Sequence record: PP919962.1
DNA length: 64,000 bases
Origin: Klebsiella phage KP2025
Reading direction: 5' to 3' (one strand)
The translations under genes and the position numbers were made by a program. Shown one piece after another: positions 38,663 through 46,777 of this stretch. Numbering within the stretch: position 1 is the stretch's first letter; each line of letters opens with the position of its first letter. The notes beneath the pieces are model-generated. The model saw only the letters and a list, made by a program, of their open reading frames with translations. It did not search any database and had not been told where the DNA came from.

Positions 38663-38884
38663 ATGGCAACATTACACGTCGTAGTTTATAAGCACGCTGT
38701 AACGGGTGATGATATGATCCAGGTGCTTGTTAATGGCTTTTGTGAAATGGAAAGAGAAGGCGATTTTAACGGTTATTGTATTGTGTGTGCTTTCCTTGAT
38801 TCCCTGGTCGAAATGTGCGTGATCACTCACGACCAGCGCGAAGCGAAGATCAACCGCCTGAAAAAACTTTTAGATATCGAATAA
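38663..38884 (+). CDS. hypothetical protein (73 aa)
   Basis: ORF. Confidence 0.5.
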   Translation: MATLHVVVYKHAVTGDDMIQVLVNGFCEMEREGDFNGYCIVCAFLDSLVEMCVITHDQREAKINRLKKLLDIE

Positions 38885-38891
38885 AAACCGC

Positions 38892-38950
38892 TTGACAGAT
38901 TCACACAGTAACGTATAATTCACTTCATAGGCAGCGGGAATGGTTCCCGC
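38892..38950 (+). promoter_or_regulatory. early cassette: TTGACA-16-TATAAT promoter plus leader hairpin GCGGGAA-TGG-TTCCCGC
   Basis: hairpin 38934-38950 ends 23 nt before ATG 38974. Confidence 0.55.
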
Positions 38951-38973
38951 GCCGATACAAAGAGATTAAAATT

Positions 38974-39510
38974 ATGTCTGACATCATCGAAACTTTCAAA
39001 TTCTCCCGTAATAACATCGACTTTACTGTTAATGTAGTATGTGCACAATGTTATGATGGTTTTGGTGATCAATGGAAGATGACCGATACGCACGAGGGCG
39101 GCGTGACTATCAAAAATGCCGACGCCGGGCGGAATAGTTATAAATATGCCATTCCCCAGCAAACTACCCTGGCGGAGCTGGCAAGCTACTACGCTGCACA
39201 AGGGCGAGAAAACCCTAGCCGCGAAGCCTATGAAAGTTTACAGCGGCAATTATCACGAGATATTAACGCAAGTGATTATTATTTCACGGTTGACGCTAGC
39301 GCCGGATCTCATACCCTGTTAGATGGTGCGGTGATCGCTTGCGGGTTCGACTACTCATATGATGATGAGGGATCATTGTTAGACGCCGCCCAGGAAGTGT
39401 GGAAAGAGCACGATGGGGAAGCCGAAGCCCTGGAAGAGGCAACAAAAGCGGCGCGTGTTCTCTTGGAAGCTGTGGATGTGTTGAAAAGTATTGTTGAAAA
39501 CGCGCAATAA
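38974..39510 (+). CDS. hypothetical protein (178 aa, acidic C-terminus)
   Basis: ORF. Confidence 0.55.
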   Translation: MSDIIETFKFSRNNIDFTVNVVCAQCYDGFGDQWKMTDTHEGGVTIKNADAGRNSYKYAIPQQTTLAELASYYAAQGRENPSREAYESLQRQLSRDINASDYYFTVDASAGSHTLLDGAVIACGFDYSYDDEGSLLDAAQEVWKEHDGEAEALEEATKAARVLLEAVDVLKSIVENAQ

Positions 39511-39513
39511 TAC

Positions 39514-39542
39514 TTGACGCGCCCAAAGAAAGGGCGCATAAT
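39514..39542 (+). promoter_or_regulatory. promoter TTGACG-[GCGCCC aaagaaa GGGCGC]-CATAAT with palindromic spacer
   Basis: 17-nt spacer is an inverted repeat. Confidence 0.55.
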
Positions 39543-39572
39543 TCTCCTACACCAACAAAAGAGATTTGAAAA

Positions 39573-39863
39573 ATGAAAATTTCAGAGAACAAAGATTTAA
39601 TTTTCACCGTTAAAAATTATATCCGCCACCCGTATGAATTTGGCGGATATCCGAAAATTTTAATTATGCGTGATGGTAGTTGCCTTTGCTCAAAGTGTAC
39701 GCATGAAAATTTTCCCCGCCTATTGGAAGAATTAAGAGATGAGAGTGATCTAGCATGGATGCCCGCGGACGTGGATGTTTTCTGGGAAGGTGCGGATTTC
39801 CCGTGTGGTAATTGCGGGACTCCGATCCATAGTGCATATGGAGATCCCGAAGAAGAAGAATAA
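39573..39863 (+). CDS. hypothetical Cys-rich protein (96 aa)
   Basis: CLCSKC...CGNCG, acidic tail. Confidence 0.5.
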   Translation: MKISENKDLIFTVKNYIRHPYEFGGYPKILIMRDGSCLCSKCTHENFPRLLEELRDESDLAWMPADVDVFWEGADFPCGNCGTPIHSAYGDPEEEE

Positions 39864-39866
39864 ATA

Positions 39867-39924
39867 TTGACAAGCATCTAAAAGATAATAAACTGTTAAT
39901 CAAAGGGCGGGAATGGTTCCCGCC
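39867..39924 (+). promoter_or_regulatory. early cassette: TTGACA-16-TAAACT promoter plus hairpin GGCGGGAA-TGG-TTCCCGCC
   Basis: near-identical to cassette at 41452. Confidence 0.55.
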
Positions 39925-39944
39925 ACAATAAAGAGAGAAAAATT

Positions 39945-40091
39945 ATGAAACAACGTGTAATGAAAATCCACACCAACACCGGATCAACCGTTGTAACTCC
40001 CTCCCGTTTCGCTATCGCAAGCCGTTGCGCTCGTTTGAAACGTGAGTTAAAATCTAACCAGGGCGCGGGGTTTACCAGATGGGGGAAATAA
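39945..40091 (+). CDS. small basic protein (48 aa) missed by ORF track
   Basis: ATG 21 nt after hairpin; AGAGAGAAAAATT leader. Confidence 0.4.
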   Translation: MKQRVMKIHTNTGSTVVTPSRFAIASRCARLKRELKSNQGAGFTRWGK

Positions 40092-40098
40092 TAACGTA

Positions 40099-40359
40099 AT
40101 GAAGCCACTGTTTTTAAACTGTGAGGGCGAGGTGATCGCCTTCATGGATTCAACAGCCTACGATCTGGCACGGTATGCAATGACGTTTAAAGAGAACGTT
40201 TACAAACGGATTGGCGGCGGATACACTATCTTTAATCATCGTAATGCTGAGGTAAAGGACGTCACAAAGGTCGAGATAGGCAAATATCGGATCGGATGGA
40301 TGCCGTCAAGAGACGCGGCGAGCCTTTACCGTGTTTGCGAGTTAGTAACAAGGGGTTAG
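40099..40359 (+). CDS. hypothetical protein (86 aa)
   Basis: ORF. Confidence 0.5.
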   Translation: MKPLFLNCEGEVIAFMDSTAYDLARYAMTFKENVYKRIGGGYTIFNHRNAEVKDVTKVEIGKYRIGWMPSRDAASLYRVCELVTRG

Positions 40360-40362
40360 CCT

Positions 40363-40911
40363 ATGGGGCGCGAGCATGTTGTACAATCTTGGGTAAAACA
40401 TGATGAGGATGATTGGCGGGTAATACCGCCCCACCTCCTAGAAACTGCCAGCGGATACAGTGGCGAGCAAGTGGGGCAACGTGTAGCCCGTAACAACGGG
40501 AACACGGCGATTCGCGCCACGATTCCTGGTTGGCTGCCAAATGGCCGCGCCGACATTGCAGGGGCGGCAGATCCAGCGGATGAAGCAAAAGGTGATCCGC
40601 TACTGCTAGTAGATCCAGCGTTTAAGACGCTGTTAGAATACCCTAGCAAGGTGGCGGCACTGGAAGCGGCGTATCGGGCGGGTAAATTGCCGGATAGCTT
40701 ATATCGTAGCGCCTTGCGCGTCTTAGACGTGAAAGCAGATAAGGCACAGCGTAAAATTGATAAGCTGATTGGATCTGTCCTCCTGGAGGAAGAGAACGCG
40801 CCGGAGGAAGAGCCGGAGCTTGACCCGGTAGTCCTGGAAGAGGACGCGATCACGCCGTATCATCCTACGCCGGAAGAGGCAGCGCAAGCCCTGCGAAATT
40901 ATTTCAAATAA
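40363..40911 (+). CDS. hypothetical protein (182 aa, acidic Pro/Glu-rich C-terminus)
   Basis: ORF. Confidence 0.5.
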   Translation: MGREHVVQSWVKHDEDDWRVIPPHLLETASGYSGEQVGQRVARNNGNTAIRATIPGWLPNGRADIAGAADPADEAKGDPLLLVDPAFKTLLEYPSKVAALEAAYRAGKLPDSLYRSALRVLDVKADKAQRKIDKLIGSVLLEEENAPEEEPELDPVVLEEDAITPYHPTPEEAAQALRNYFK

Positions 40912-40915
40912 GGGA

Positions 40916-40976
40916 TTGACAAGCGCCCAAGAGGGGCGCATAATTCATCACATAGGGCGGCAATGATGCCGACACC
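40916..40976 (+). promoter_or_regulatory. early cassette: TTGACA-[GCGCCC aagag GGGCGC]-CATAAT plus GGCGGCA-like leader hairpin
   Basis: palindromic spacer; hairpin 40956-40976. Confidence 0.55.
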
Positions 40977-40990
40977 AAAGAGGATAGATT

Positions 40991-41107
40991 ATGTTAATCA
41001 AGAAAGAAAACTGCTTTTTCACTGGTATTATTAATGCGCTGATCCTTTCGGTTCCATTGTGGGTAGTTATCGGTTTTACTTTGTGGTTAGTATCAAAAGC
41101 AGCGTAA
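40991..41107 (+). CDS. small membrane peptide (38 aa) missed by ORF track
   Basis: hydrophobic helix. Confidence 0.35.
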   Translation: MLIKKENCFFTGIINALILSVPLWVVIGFTLWLVSKAA

Positions 41108-41114
41108 AAACTAG

Positions 41115-41175
41115 TTGACAGGCAGATCCAAAGGGTCTAATATTCATATCAAGGCGGGGAGATAGGCGAACCGCC
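41115..41175 (+). promoter_or_regulatory. early cassette: TTGACA-17-TAATAT plus leader hairpin GGCGG...CCGCC
   Basis: upstream of 41197. Confidence 0.5.
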
Positions 41176-41196
41176 AAAGCTGAAAAGGTTAGCATT

Positions 41197-41424
41197 ATGG
41201 CAAAGTCAAAAGGTTTTAACGGTCACAAAAACTGGAATCATTGGAACGTTTCATTATGGATCAATAATGACGAGGGATTATACCGCCTTGCAATGAATTG
41301 CATTTCATCCACTGACAACCGCGACGAAGCCGCCGCCAAAATGTTGCGCAGCGTGAGCAAGAAAACGCCGGACGGCGCACCGTACAGCAAAACCACGATC
41401 CGCGCTGCGATGGTTGGAATGTAG
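41197..41424 (+). CDS. hypothetical protein (75 aa)
   Basis: ORF. Confidence 0.5.
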   Translation: MAKSKGFNGHKNWNHWNVSLWINNDEGLYRLAMNCISSTDNRDEAAAKMLRSVSKKTPDGAPYSKTTIRAAMVGM

Positions 41425-41451
41425 AAAAATCGTCAATCTTATAAAATAAGG

Positions 41452-41507
41452 TTGACAACCTTCTAAAATAAAGTAAACTGTTAATCAAGGCGGGAATAGT
41501 TCCCGCC
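41452..41507 (+). promoter_or_regulatory. early cassette: TTGACA-16-TAAACT plus hairpin GGCGGGAA-TAG-TTCCCGCC
   Basis: paralog of 39867 cassette. Confidence 0.55.
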
Positions 41508-41526
41508 ACAACAAAGAGAGAAAATT

Positions 41527-41688
41527 ATGATTGCCATGAATACTCGCGAAGCCGCTCGCAACGTAGCCCGTAAAGTTAACGCCGTTGCACCTGCTAAATT
41601 GAAAGCACCAGTGAAAGGCGAAAACGGCTGGATCTTCCCTGGCTTGTCTCATGCTGACGGAAAAGGCACCTTGAGCCTGAAAAAATAA
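41527..41688 (+). CDS. small basic protein (53 aa) missed by ORF track
   Basis: ATG 20 nt after hairpin. Confidence 0.4.
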   Translation: MIAMNTREAARNVARKVNAVAPAKLKAPVKGENGWIFPGLSHADGKGTLSLKK

Positions 41689-41689
41689 G

Positions 41690-41726
41690 TTGACTTTTCG
41701 TTATGCCGTGCTATCCTGTACGGCAT
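41690..41726 (+). promoter_or_regulatory. promoter TAAGTTGACTTTTCG...TATCCT with -10 inside palindrome ATGCCGT-N10-ACGGCAT
   Basis: first of three paralogous promoters (41690, 42034, 42290). Confidence 0.5.
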
Positions 41727-41782
41727 AGAGAAAAAGAAACATCCGGCAATAATGCCAAAATCATCAATAAAGGAGATAAACA

Positions 41783-42027
41783 TGACTACTACTAACCTGC
41801 TGAAAACCCCGCGTATCGGTGATTCTGTATTCATTGGTTTTGCCACTAATGGGGACGGCAAAATGGTTAAAGGTGGCGCTGAAATTCCGTTCGATAAGGT
41901 GGCGGCAATCTACGCCGAAACTTCCACCACTAAGGACGGCAAAATCATGCATCATGTACGCACAGCAAGCGGCGACGCCGTTGCAGTGATCGGTTGTTCA
42001 AAAAACTACTGGCACGCTGTTAAATAA
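41783..42027 (+). CDS. hypothetical protein (81 aa)
   Basis: AAGGAG RBS. Confidence 0.5.
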
Positions 42028-42033
42028 ATATCG

Positions 42034-42070
42034 TTGACTTTTCGTTATAGCGTCCTATAATGGGCGCTAT
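42034..42070 (+). promoter_or_regulatory. promoter TTGACT-16-TATAAT with -10 inside palindrome TATAGCG...CGCTATA
   Basis: paralog of 41690. Confidence 0.5.
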
Positions 42071-42108
42071 AGAGAAGAGAAACTAGCCCAACAAAAGAGA
42101 GTAAGAAA

Positions 42109-42282
42109 ATGGAAATTATCGCAGAACTTAGAATAAAAGGTATCGATCCGGTCATTATGACTTATGAGGATCTGCAATATACCGTAACATATGGTGAACA
42201 ATCTGAAACTTACGATTATTACGATGAAGCGGAGCAGGCTTTTAACGCGTTTGCCGAGATTGCCCTAGATGAATATCGTTAA
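42109..42282 (+). CDS. small acidic protein (57 aa) missed by ORF track
   Basis: ORF. Confidence 0.4.
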   Translation: MEIIAELRIKGIDPVIMTYEDLQYTVTYGEQSETYDYYDEAEQAFNAFAEIALDEYR

Positions 42283-42289
42283 AAATAAG

Positions 42290-42326
42290 TTGACTTTCTG
42301 TGATGCCCCTTTATAATAAGGGGCAT
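42290..42326 (+). promoter_or_regulatory. promoter TTGACT-16-TATAAT with -10 in loop of ATGCCCCTT-TATAAT-AAGGGGCAT
   Basis: perfect 9-bp arms flank the -10 hexamer. Confidence 0.55.
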
Positions 42327-42362
42327 TGAAGAGAGAAGACCAACAATCTAACGAGGTGTAAA

Positions 42363-42584
42363 ATGGTTACATTTGCAATTATTTCCCTGGTGGCTGGCAA
42401 CGTGTTTATCAATGATACTTTCGCGGCGGATGATAGCAAGCCAGGAGAAATCAGCACAGCTTATGCAGATTGTAAAGCCGCTGAACGTATGTTATCGCCT
42501 TGCCTGCTGATGAGTGAACGCGAGGACGGGAAAATCGTATTCACCAACGTTGAAACCTGGTATCAATTGGTAGTTGCAAAATAA
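42363..42584 (+). CDS. secreted or membrane small protein (73 aa)
   Basis: N-terminal hydrophobic segment. Confidence 0.5.
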   Translation: MVTFAIISLVAGNVFINDTFAADDSKPGEISTAYADCKAAERMLSPCLLMSEREDGKIVFTNVETWYQLVVAK

Positions 42585-42632
42585 ATTTCATCTGATAGAA
42601 TACTGACATCACTTAAGTAAAAGGGAAATAAT

Positions 42633-42860
42633 ATGAAACGCAAAATCACTATTTCTTATGAGTGGACGCAAGCAGATGGTAGTGAAGTACTGGATCACCA
42701 CAAAGAGTACTTGGAAGAGTCAGCCGATGAGCGTATCCGGGAACAGATTGGAGCAGGTTGTATTAAGGGGCAATTGCTCGACAACATCCACACGCAGGAA
42801 GATCCCGACGACCACGAAGGGACAGAGTATAAAGGTTGGTGGACTTTAATTATCGAGTAA
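42633..42860 (+). CDS. hypothetical protein (75 aa)
   Basis: ORF. Confidence 0.5.
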   Translation: MKRKITISYEWTQADGSEVLDHHKEYLEESADERIREQIGAGCIKGQLLDNIHTQEDPDDHEGTEYKGWWTLIIE

Positions 42861-42947
42861 AATTAGTGGCAAAATAAATTTAGTACTTTATAATACTTAC
42901 CTACAGACAGATAGTCTGTTCTTATTTGACTACAACAGAGTAATGAA

Positions 42948-43100
42948 ATGAATCCTAATCATAAAATGATGATGGAAGCAAGCCGTTTTATCAATAAAAC
43001 AGAAAAAAGAAAATGTTTTGTTTTATGTCTCATAACGCTTGCAATTGGTTTAGCTTGTGTTATTATTACTTACGCTGATTTATCAAATACCACTAAATAA
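42948..43100 (+). CDS. small membrane peptide (50 aa) missed by ORF track
   Basis: ORF. Confidence 0.35.
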   Translation: MNPNHKMMMEASRFINKTEKRKCFVLCLITLAIGLACVIITYADLSNTTK

Positions 43101-43111
43101 GAGATAAGATT

Positions 43112-43468
43112 ATGAATAACATCCTGATCGAGAAACGCGCCGAACTGCTGGAAGTTAAACAGGCTATCTATGCAAAACAGAGGGAGATCCGCAACTTCTC
43201 TTATGAGTCAACTGATGATGAGTATGATTCTTATTTGGATGGATGCTATGGCGATCTTGACGTTTGCGGCAGCACTTTCAGCGCGTCCTATGCTCTTAAA
43301 AACCTTGACCCTACGGCGTACCGTTGCGGCAAGTCAGATTATGACAGCGAAAAAGATCTTGACGATGTGCCGGAGTATGTTACACTCACGGAAGAGCTGG
43401 AAGAGCTGGAAGAGCTGGAAAGCGATCTTGAAAGTGAGATTGAAGAGCTGGAAGAGAGCGAAGAATAA
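43112..43468 (+). CDS. highly acidic protein with LEELEE repeats (118 aa)
   Basis: C-terminus TEELEELEELESDLESEIEELEESEE. Confidence 0.55.
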   Translation: MNNILIEKRAELLEVKQAIYAKQREIRNFSYESTDDEYDSYLDGCYGDLDVCGSTFSASYALKNLDPTAYRCGKSDYDSEKDLDDVPEYVTLTEELEELEELESDLESEIEELEESEE

Positions 43469-43481
43469 TTTTAAAAACAGG

Positions 43482-43537
43482 TTGACACGGTAGACGGTTT
43501 AAAGTAGATTAGTATTCAAGGGGGAGCGGTTCCCCCC
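43482..43537 (+). promoter_or_regulatory. early cassette: TTGACA-17-TAGATT plus hairpin GGGGGA-GCGGT-TCCCCC
   Basis: upstream of 43561. Confidence 0.5.
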
Positions 43538-43560
43538 ACTAACAACAAAGGCGATACATC

Positions 43561-43932
43561 ATGAAATCAGCAGAGAAAATTAAATCTTACATCCTGGCGG
43601 CGATTGATTTTGAAGGTGAGAACGGCAAAACGTTTACCACCGAGGGAGAGAAGATCACCGAACTGATGCGCCGCTTTAAATGTGAATATTGGTATCCAGC
43701 AAATCAGCAGCGCTACGGCACCATGACAAAAGCAATGGCCTCGTGGTTGCAGGGATTGCCGAGTGAAATCGGCATTGCATTCTATTATGATGAGATTGAT
43801 TCTCTTTTGATTGAGTGGGGTTATCTGAAACATACTAGCCGCGAAGCAACAATTGACCGCGAGCGGGATCAATACTGGCTTTATCTGGCAGGTTCACTAA
43901 TGAGCCTTGCGAAGCGGTATAATCTAGCTTGA
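43561..43932 (+). CDS. hypothetical protein (123 aa)
   Basis: ORF. Confidence 0.5.
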   Translation: MKSAEKIKSYILAAIDFEGENGKTFTTEGEKITELMRRFKCEYWYPANQQRYGTMTKAMASWLQGLPSEIGIAFYYDEIDSLLIEWGYLKHTSREATIDRERDQYWLYLAGSLMSLAKRYNLA

Positions 43933-43961
43933 GATTGAATCTGGCATAAGATACACAATAA

Positions 43962-43979
43962 GAGCGGCAGCAATGCCGC
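43962..43979 (+). promoter_or_regulatory. leader hairpin AGCGGCA-GCAA-TGCCGCT (GNRA tetraloop family)
   Basis: upstream of small gene 44009. Confidence 0.5.
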
Positions 43980-44008
43980 TAACATTAAAATAAAACGAGG
44001 GTTTAAAA

Positions 44009-44143
44009 ATGAATGGTAGCCACCACGTCGAAAAAATGGCAAGCGATAAACAGCGAAAAGCATGGGACGATGAAACCGGGCGCAAAGGAGACAAGCGCAA
44101 CAAAACAAAACGAGATCGAAGTCAAAAACGGAATTGGGAATAA
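44009..44143 (+). CDS. small very basic protein (44 aa) missed by ORF track
   Basis: ORF. Confidence 0.35.
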   Translation: MNGSHHVEKMASDKQRKAWDDETGRKGDKRNKTKRDRSQKRNWE

Positions 44144-44145
44144 TA

Positions 44146-44178
44146 AGGAGGGGCGCTGAATGCGCCTCTTTCCGTTTA
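44146..44178 (+). terminator. rho-independent terminator AGGGGCGC-TGAAT-GCGCCTCT + TTCCGTTT
   Basis: GC stem plus T-rich tail. Confidence 0.5.
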
Positions 44179-44260
44179 TACAGCGTTTTCTATAGTGAGC
44201 CATACAAACACCAGGGAGCACCATAAAAACCGCTTAGAACGCATTACAGGAGCTTAGACA

Positions 44261-44443
44261 ATGACATTAGAACAGATTCAAAAGGCACTAGCCCAGGGCG
44301 GCAGACTTTCAGCACGTTACCGTGATCAATGGGGCTTTATCATTAGCGGCGTGATCCTGGCTATTGAGGGCGGCGACCTGCTGATCGATACCCTGAAAAA
44401 CCGAGTGAAGCCGGAGATGGTGATATCTATCAAGTACCTTTGA
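44261..44443 (+). CDS. hypothetical protein (60 aa)
   Basis: leader contains conserved CCGCTTAGAACGCATTACAGGAGCTTAGACA block. Confidence 0.45.
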   Translation: MTLEQIQKALAQGGRLSARYRDQWGFIISGVILAIEGGDLLIDTLKNRVKPEMVISIKYL

Positions 44444-44534
44444 TTGATAGGTTTAAACGATTAGACACTGCATCGATAATGGCACATAGTGAATACATAA
44501 AGCGGGGCAAAGGCCAGCTAGGGGAGGAAACGAA

Positions 44535-44918
44535 ATGAAAAAATTTATCATCGCCGCTATGCTGGCAGCAGTAAGCGCCAGCGCAGCAGCAGACACCGAG
44601 ATCAACGTGATGAGCGCAAGCCGTGATTTACGCGCCAGCATTGAAAAAATGTTAATTGTATCAGGCGATAATAACGCAACGTTACGATCTTACACCTTAT
44701 CAAAAACCTTTGAGGACGCGCTTGATTCTCAAATGATACCTATTCTCAATAATAACCCTGATGCATCATGCGAGCTTATCGCAGCGCGGATCGCGGAAAA
44801 CGGGCGGCAGAACTACGCGCCTTATCAGGTTAACCCACTTATGACAAGGGCTATCGATAATATGATCGGTAAAATGGTTGTTTATACTATGGCGCGGTGT
44901 TATTACTTAAAGGGTTGA
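44535..44918 (+). CDS. secreted protein (127 aa, signal peptide)
   Basis: MKKFIIAAMLAAVSASAAA. Confidence 0.55.
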   Translation: MKKFIIAAMLAAVSASAAADTEINVMSASRDLRASIEKMLIVSGDNNATLRSYTLSKTFEDALDSQMIPILNNNPDASCELIAARIAENGRQNYAPYQVNPLMTRAIDNMIGKMVVYTMARCYYLKG

Positions 44919-44943
44919 CAGGAAGCACTTGATCGATTATCTT
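44915..44943 (+). promoter_or_regulatory. promoter TTGACA-17-TATCTT
   Basis: upstream of 44974. Confidence 0.4.
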
Positions 44944-44973
44944 TAAGCCAGGCAAACAAAAGGGTAAAGAAAA

Positions 44974-45249
44974 ATGATTCAGGCTAACACTTTAATGATG
45001 TTTCAGGAAGTGCAAAACGCCGCTGTAATGGTTGAGCAATTCCAGGACGGCGACACCATGATCGCCACGTTGAAAGAGAACGCCGAAAGCATCCTAATCA
45101 TTAGCTTGAAAACAGTTTCAAAAGGTTACTACTCCCTTGCTTATCATTTCATTACTAATGATGATGAAACAAGCCAGGATTTTTCCTTGCCTTTCCCGGC
45201 AAATTATGCGCCTTCTTTTGTAGCGGCAATTGTTAATGATGTTTTCTAA
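44974..45249 (+). CDS. hypothetical protein (91 aa)
   Basis: ORF. Confidence 0.5.
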   Translation: MIQANTLMMFQEVQNAAVMVEQFQDGDTMIATLKENAESILIISLKTVSKGYYSLAYHFITNDDETSQDFSLPFPANYAPSFVAAIVNDVF

Positions 45250-45532
45250 TGGGTAACGAATAAAGAAAGTCAATAGCTTTTCCAGTTATTTTTCATTTTT
45301 GCGTTATGCAAAAAAGTGAATTTAAAGACTTCTCACGCAAGATGATTAAGGGTATGGCAAACGGTTAGAGCCTCTTAGAATGCGTTTTAGAGCGTTTTAG
45401 AGGGTATTGACTTTTCCCGAAATACTCAAAGCGTCTTAAATTTAGTTTCATCGTGTGATTATTTGCATACGGGTGCATTTCTATGCAATTTAGTGAATAA
45501 TGTAAAAATGCAGAATATTACATTCCTCCCTA

Positions 45533-45598
45533 TTGACTACCGCGCCCAATTTGTTATGATTTATCACATAGGGCGGGGCAATAATGCAGCGCCACAAA
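45533..45598 (+). promoter_or_regulatory. early cassette: TTGACT-16-TATGAT (half-palindromic spacer ACCGCGCCC) plus GGCGGGGCA...GCGCC leader hairpin
   Basis: upstream of ATG 45616. Confidence 0.5.
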
Positions 45599-45615
45599 AT
45601 CCGAAGGATTGCATC

Positions 45616-46074
45616 ATGAATAAATTCTGTGTAGGTCAAAAAGTTATTGATTGTTTCAATGATCGTAAACTGTTAACGATTGTTAAAACTTTTGAATCTG
45701 GTCAAATCGAGCTTGAAAACGGCGTGATCACCTATACGGATCGGGTTCAACGCCAAGAGCATTACCTTGACCATACAAATTACCTGTACCATCATTCTCG
45801 TTTTGGTGATGCTGTATGCATGATCAATGAAGCGTTTCAAGAGTACATTTCAGCACTTGCCGAAATGGGAGATTTATGCTCTTATCCTGGGGAATCTGTT
45901 TTCATAATGAAAGCGCGTACCATGTGCCAAACGTGGATCGACGAAGCCGCCGCGAGGATTGAGCATGGTTTAGCCTGGAAGCGTACAGCAGAACATAATT
46001 TATCACAGTGGTATCGTGTACCGCTTGATCATCACTTCCCATTCCTTAACCCTGAAAATGTGACAGACTACTAA
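45616..46074 (+). CDS. hypothetical protein (152 aa); ORF-track start at 45463 rejected
   Basis: AAGGA RBS 8 nt before ATG 45616; upstream extension would span the promoter. Confidence 0.5.
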   Translation: MNKFCVGQKVIDCFNDRKLLTIVKTFESGQIELENGVITYTDRVQRQEHYLDHTNYLYHHSRFGDAVCMINEAFQEYISALAEMGDLCSYPGESVFIMKARTMCQTWIDEAAARIEHGLAWKRTAEHNLSQWYRVPLDHHFPFLNPENVTDY

Positions 46075-46083
46075 AAAATAGTG

Positions 46084-46143
46084 TTGACAGCGCCCAATAA
46101 AGGGCGCATAATTCATTACATAAGGCGGGGAGTGGTTCCCCGC
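46084..46143 (+). promoter_or_regulatory. early cassette: TTGACA-[GCGCCC aataaa GGGCGC]-CATAAT plus hairpin GCGGGGA-N5-TCCCCGC
   Basis: palindromic spacer promoter class. Confidence 0.55.
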
Positions 46144-46161
46144 TAAATGAGAGATTTAATT

Positions 46162-46386
46162 ATGTTCGATTTAGACAGACTGGCAACAGCGATTGAAAAA
46201 GCAGGTGATGCAAAGTATGGCATCCAAGATCATTACTTTATCGGTCAATATCCTGATGGTACTTACTACGGTGTATTGTCTAATAAAGTGAAAAGCCGTA
46301 GCAGCGCCGCGCAACTGCGAAGCCCGGAATTTTTCGAACAAAAAGGCATTAAAGCGATCAAGGTTATGAAGCGTAAAGCTAAATAA
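46162..46386 (+). CDS. hypothetical basic protein (74 aa; alternative start 46147)
   Basis: ATG 19 nt after hairpin as in sister cassettes. Confidence 0.45.
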   Translation: MFDLDRLATAIEKAGDAKYGIQDHYFIGQYPDGTYYGVLSNKVKSRSSAAQLRSPEFFEQKGIKAIKVMKRKAK

Positions 46387-46388
46387 AT

Positions 46389-46418
46389 TTGACAACGCGC
46401 CCGGTAAGGGCGCATAAT
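46389..46418 (+). promoter_or_regulatory. promoter TTGACA-[ACGCGCCC ggtaa GGGCGC]-ATAAT with palindromic spacer
   Basis: upstream of 46448. Confidence 0.5.
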
Positions 46419-46447
46419 GCTACCAAGTCAATAGCGAGAGCGACAAT

Positions 46448-46684
46448 ATGAAAACGAAAAGCATTCTCATTAACAAAAAATTTCCCAATCGTGTATGGGA
46501 GATCAGCGAAGTGATCAACGCGGGGACGATTGAACAATATAACCGTTTGATCGGGTATATCCGGGAAACTGAATGCGGTTATGTGTGGACTCATTCTGGA
46601 CTAAACCGCGAAAGCGCAAGCTATTTCCCAACAAAACCCCTTGCGCTGGTAGGTTTAAAGCTGGTGCATCAAGATTATAAATAA
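46448..46684 (+). CDS. hypothetical protein (78 aa)
   Basis: ORF. Confidence 0.5.
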   Translation: MKTKSILINKKFPNRVWEISEVINAGTIEQYNRLIGYIRETECGYVWTHSGLNRESASYFPTKPLALVGLKLVHQDYK

Positions 46685-46691
46685 TTTATTT

Positions 46692-46725
46692 CGCCCCGGG
46701 GCTTGATCTCCCTGGGGCGTTTTGC
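46692..46725 (+). terminator. rho-independent terminator CGCCCCGG...CCTGGGGCG + TTTTGCTAT
   Basis: GC stem plus T run. Confidence 0.55.
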
Positions 46726-46740
46726 TATCCTTATTTTGTG

Positions 46741-46759
46741 GGCGGGAATGGTTCCCGAC
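46741..46759 (+). promoter_or_regulatory. leader hairpin GGCGGGAA-TGG-TTCCCGAC
   Basis: 19 nt before ATG 46778. Confidence 0.5.
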
Positions 46760-46777
46760 ACATAACGGGGATTTAAC

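Noticed and set aside
45372-45393. Interpreting GCGTTTTAGAG boxes as T4 MotA boxes (TTTGCTTTA)
   Set aside because: Only partial resemblance (TGCGTTTTA vs TGCTTTA). The spacing to the -10 is not the required about 30 nt, and no MotA/AsiA homologues are recognisable in the window.
45463-45615. Upstream extension of ORF 45463..46074
   Set aside because: The extension would run through a TTGACT-16-TATGAT promoter and leader hairpin. An internal ATG at 45616 with an AAGGA RBS is the likely start.
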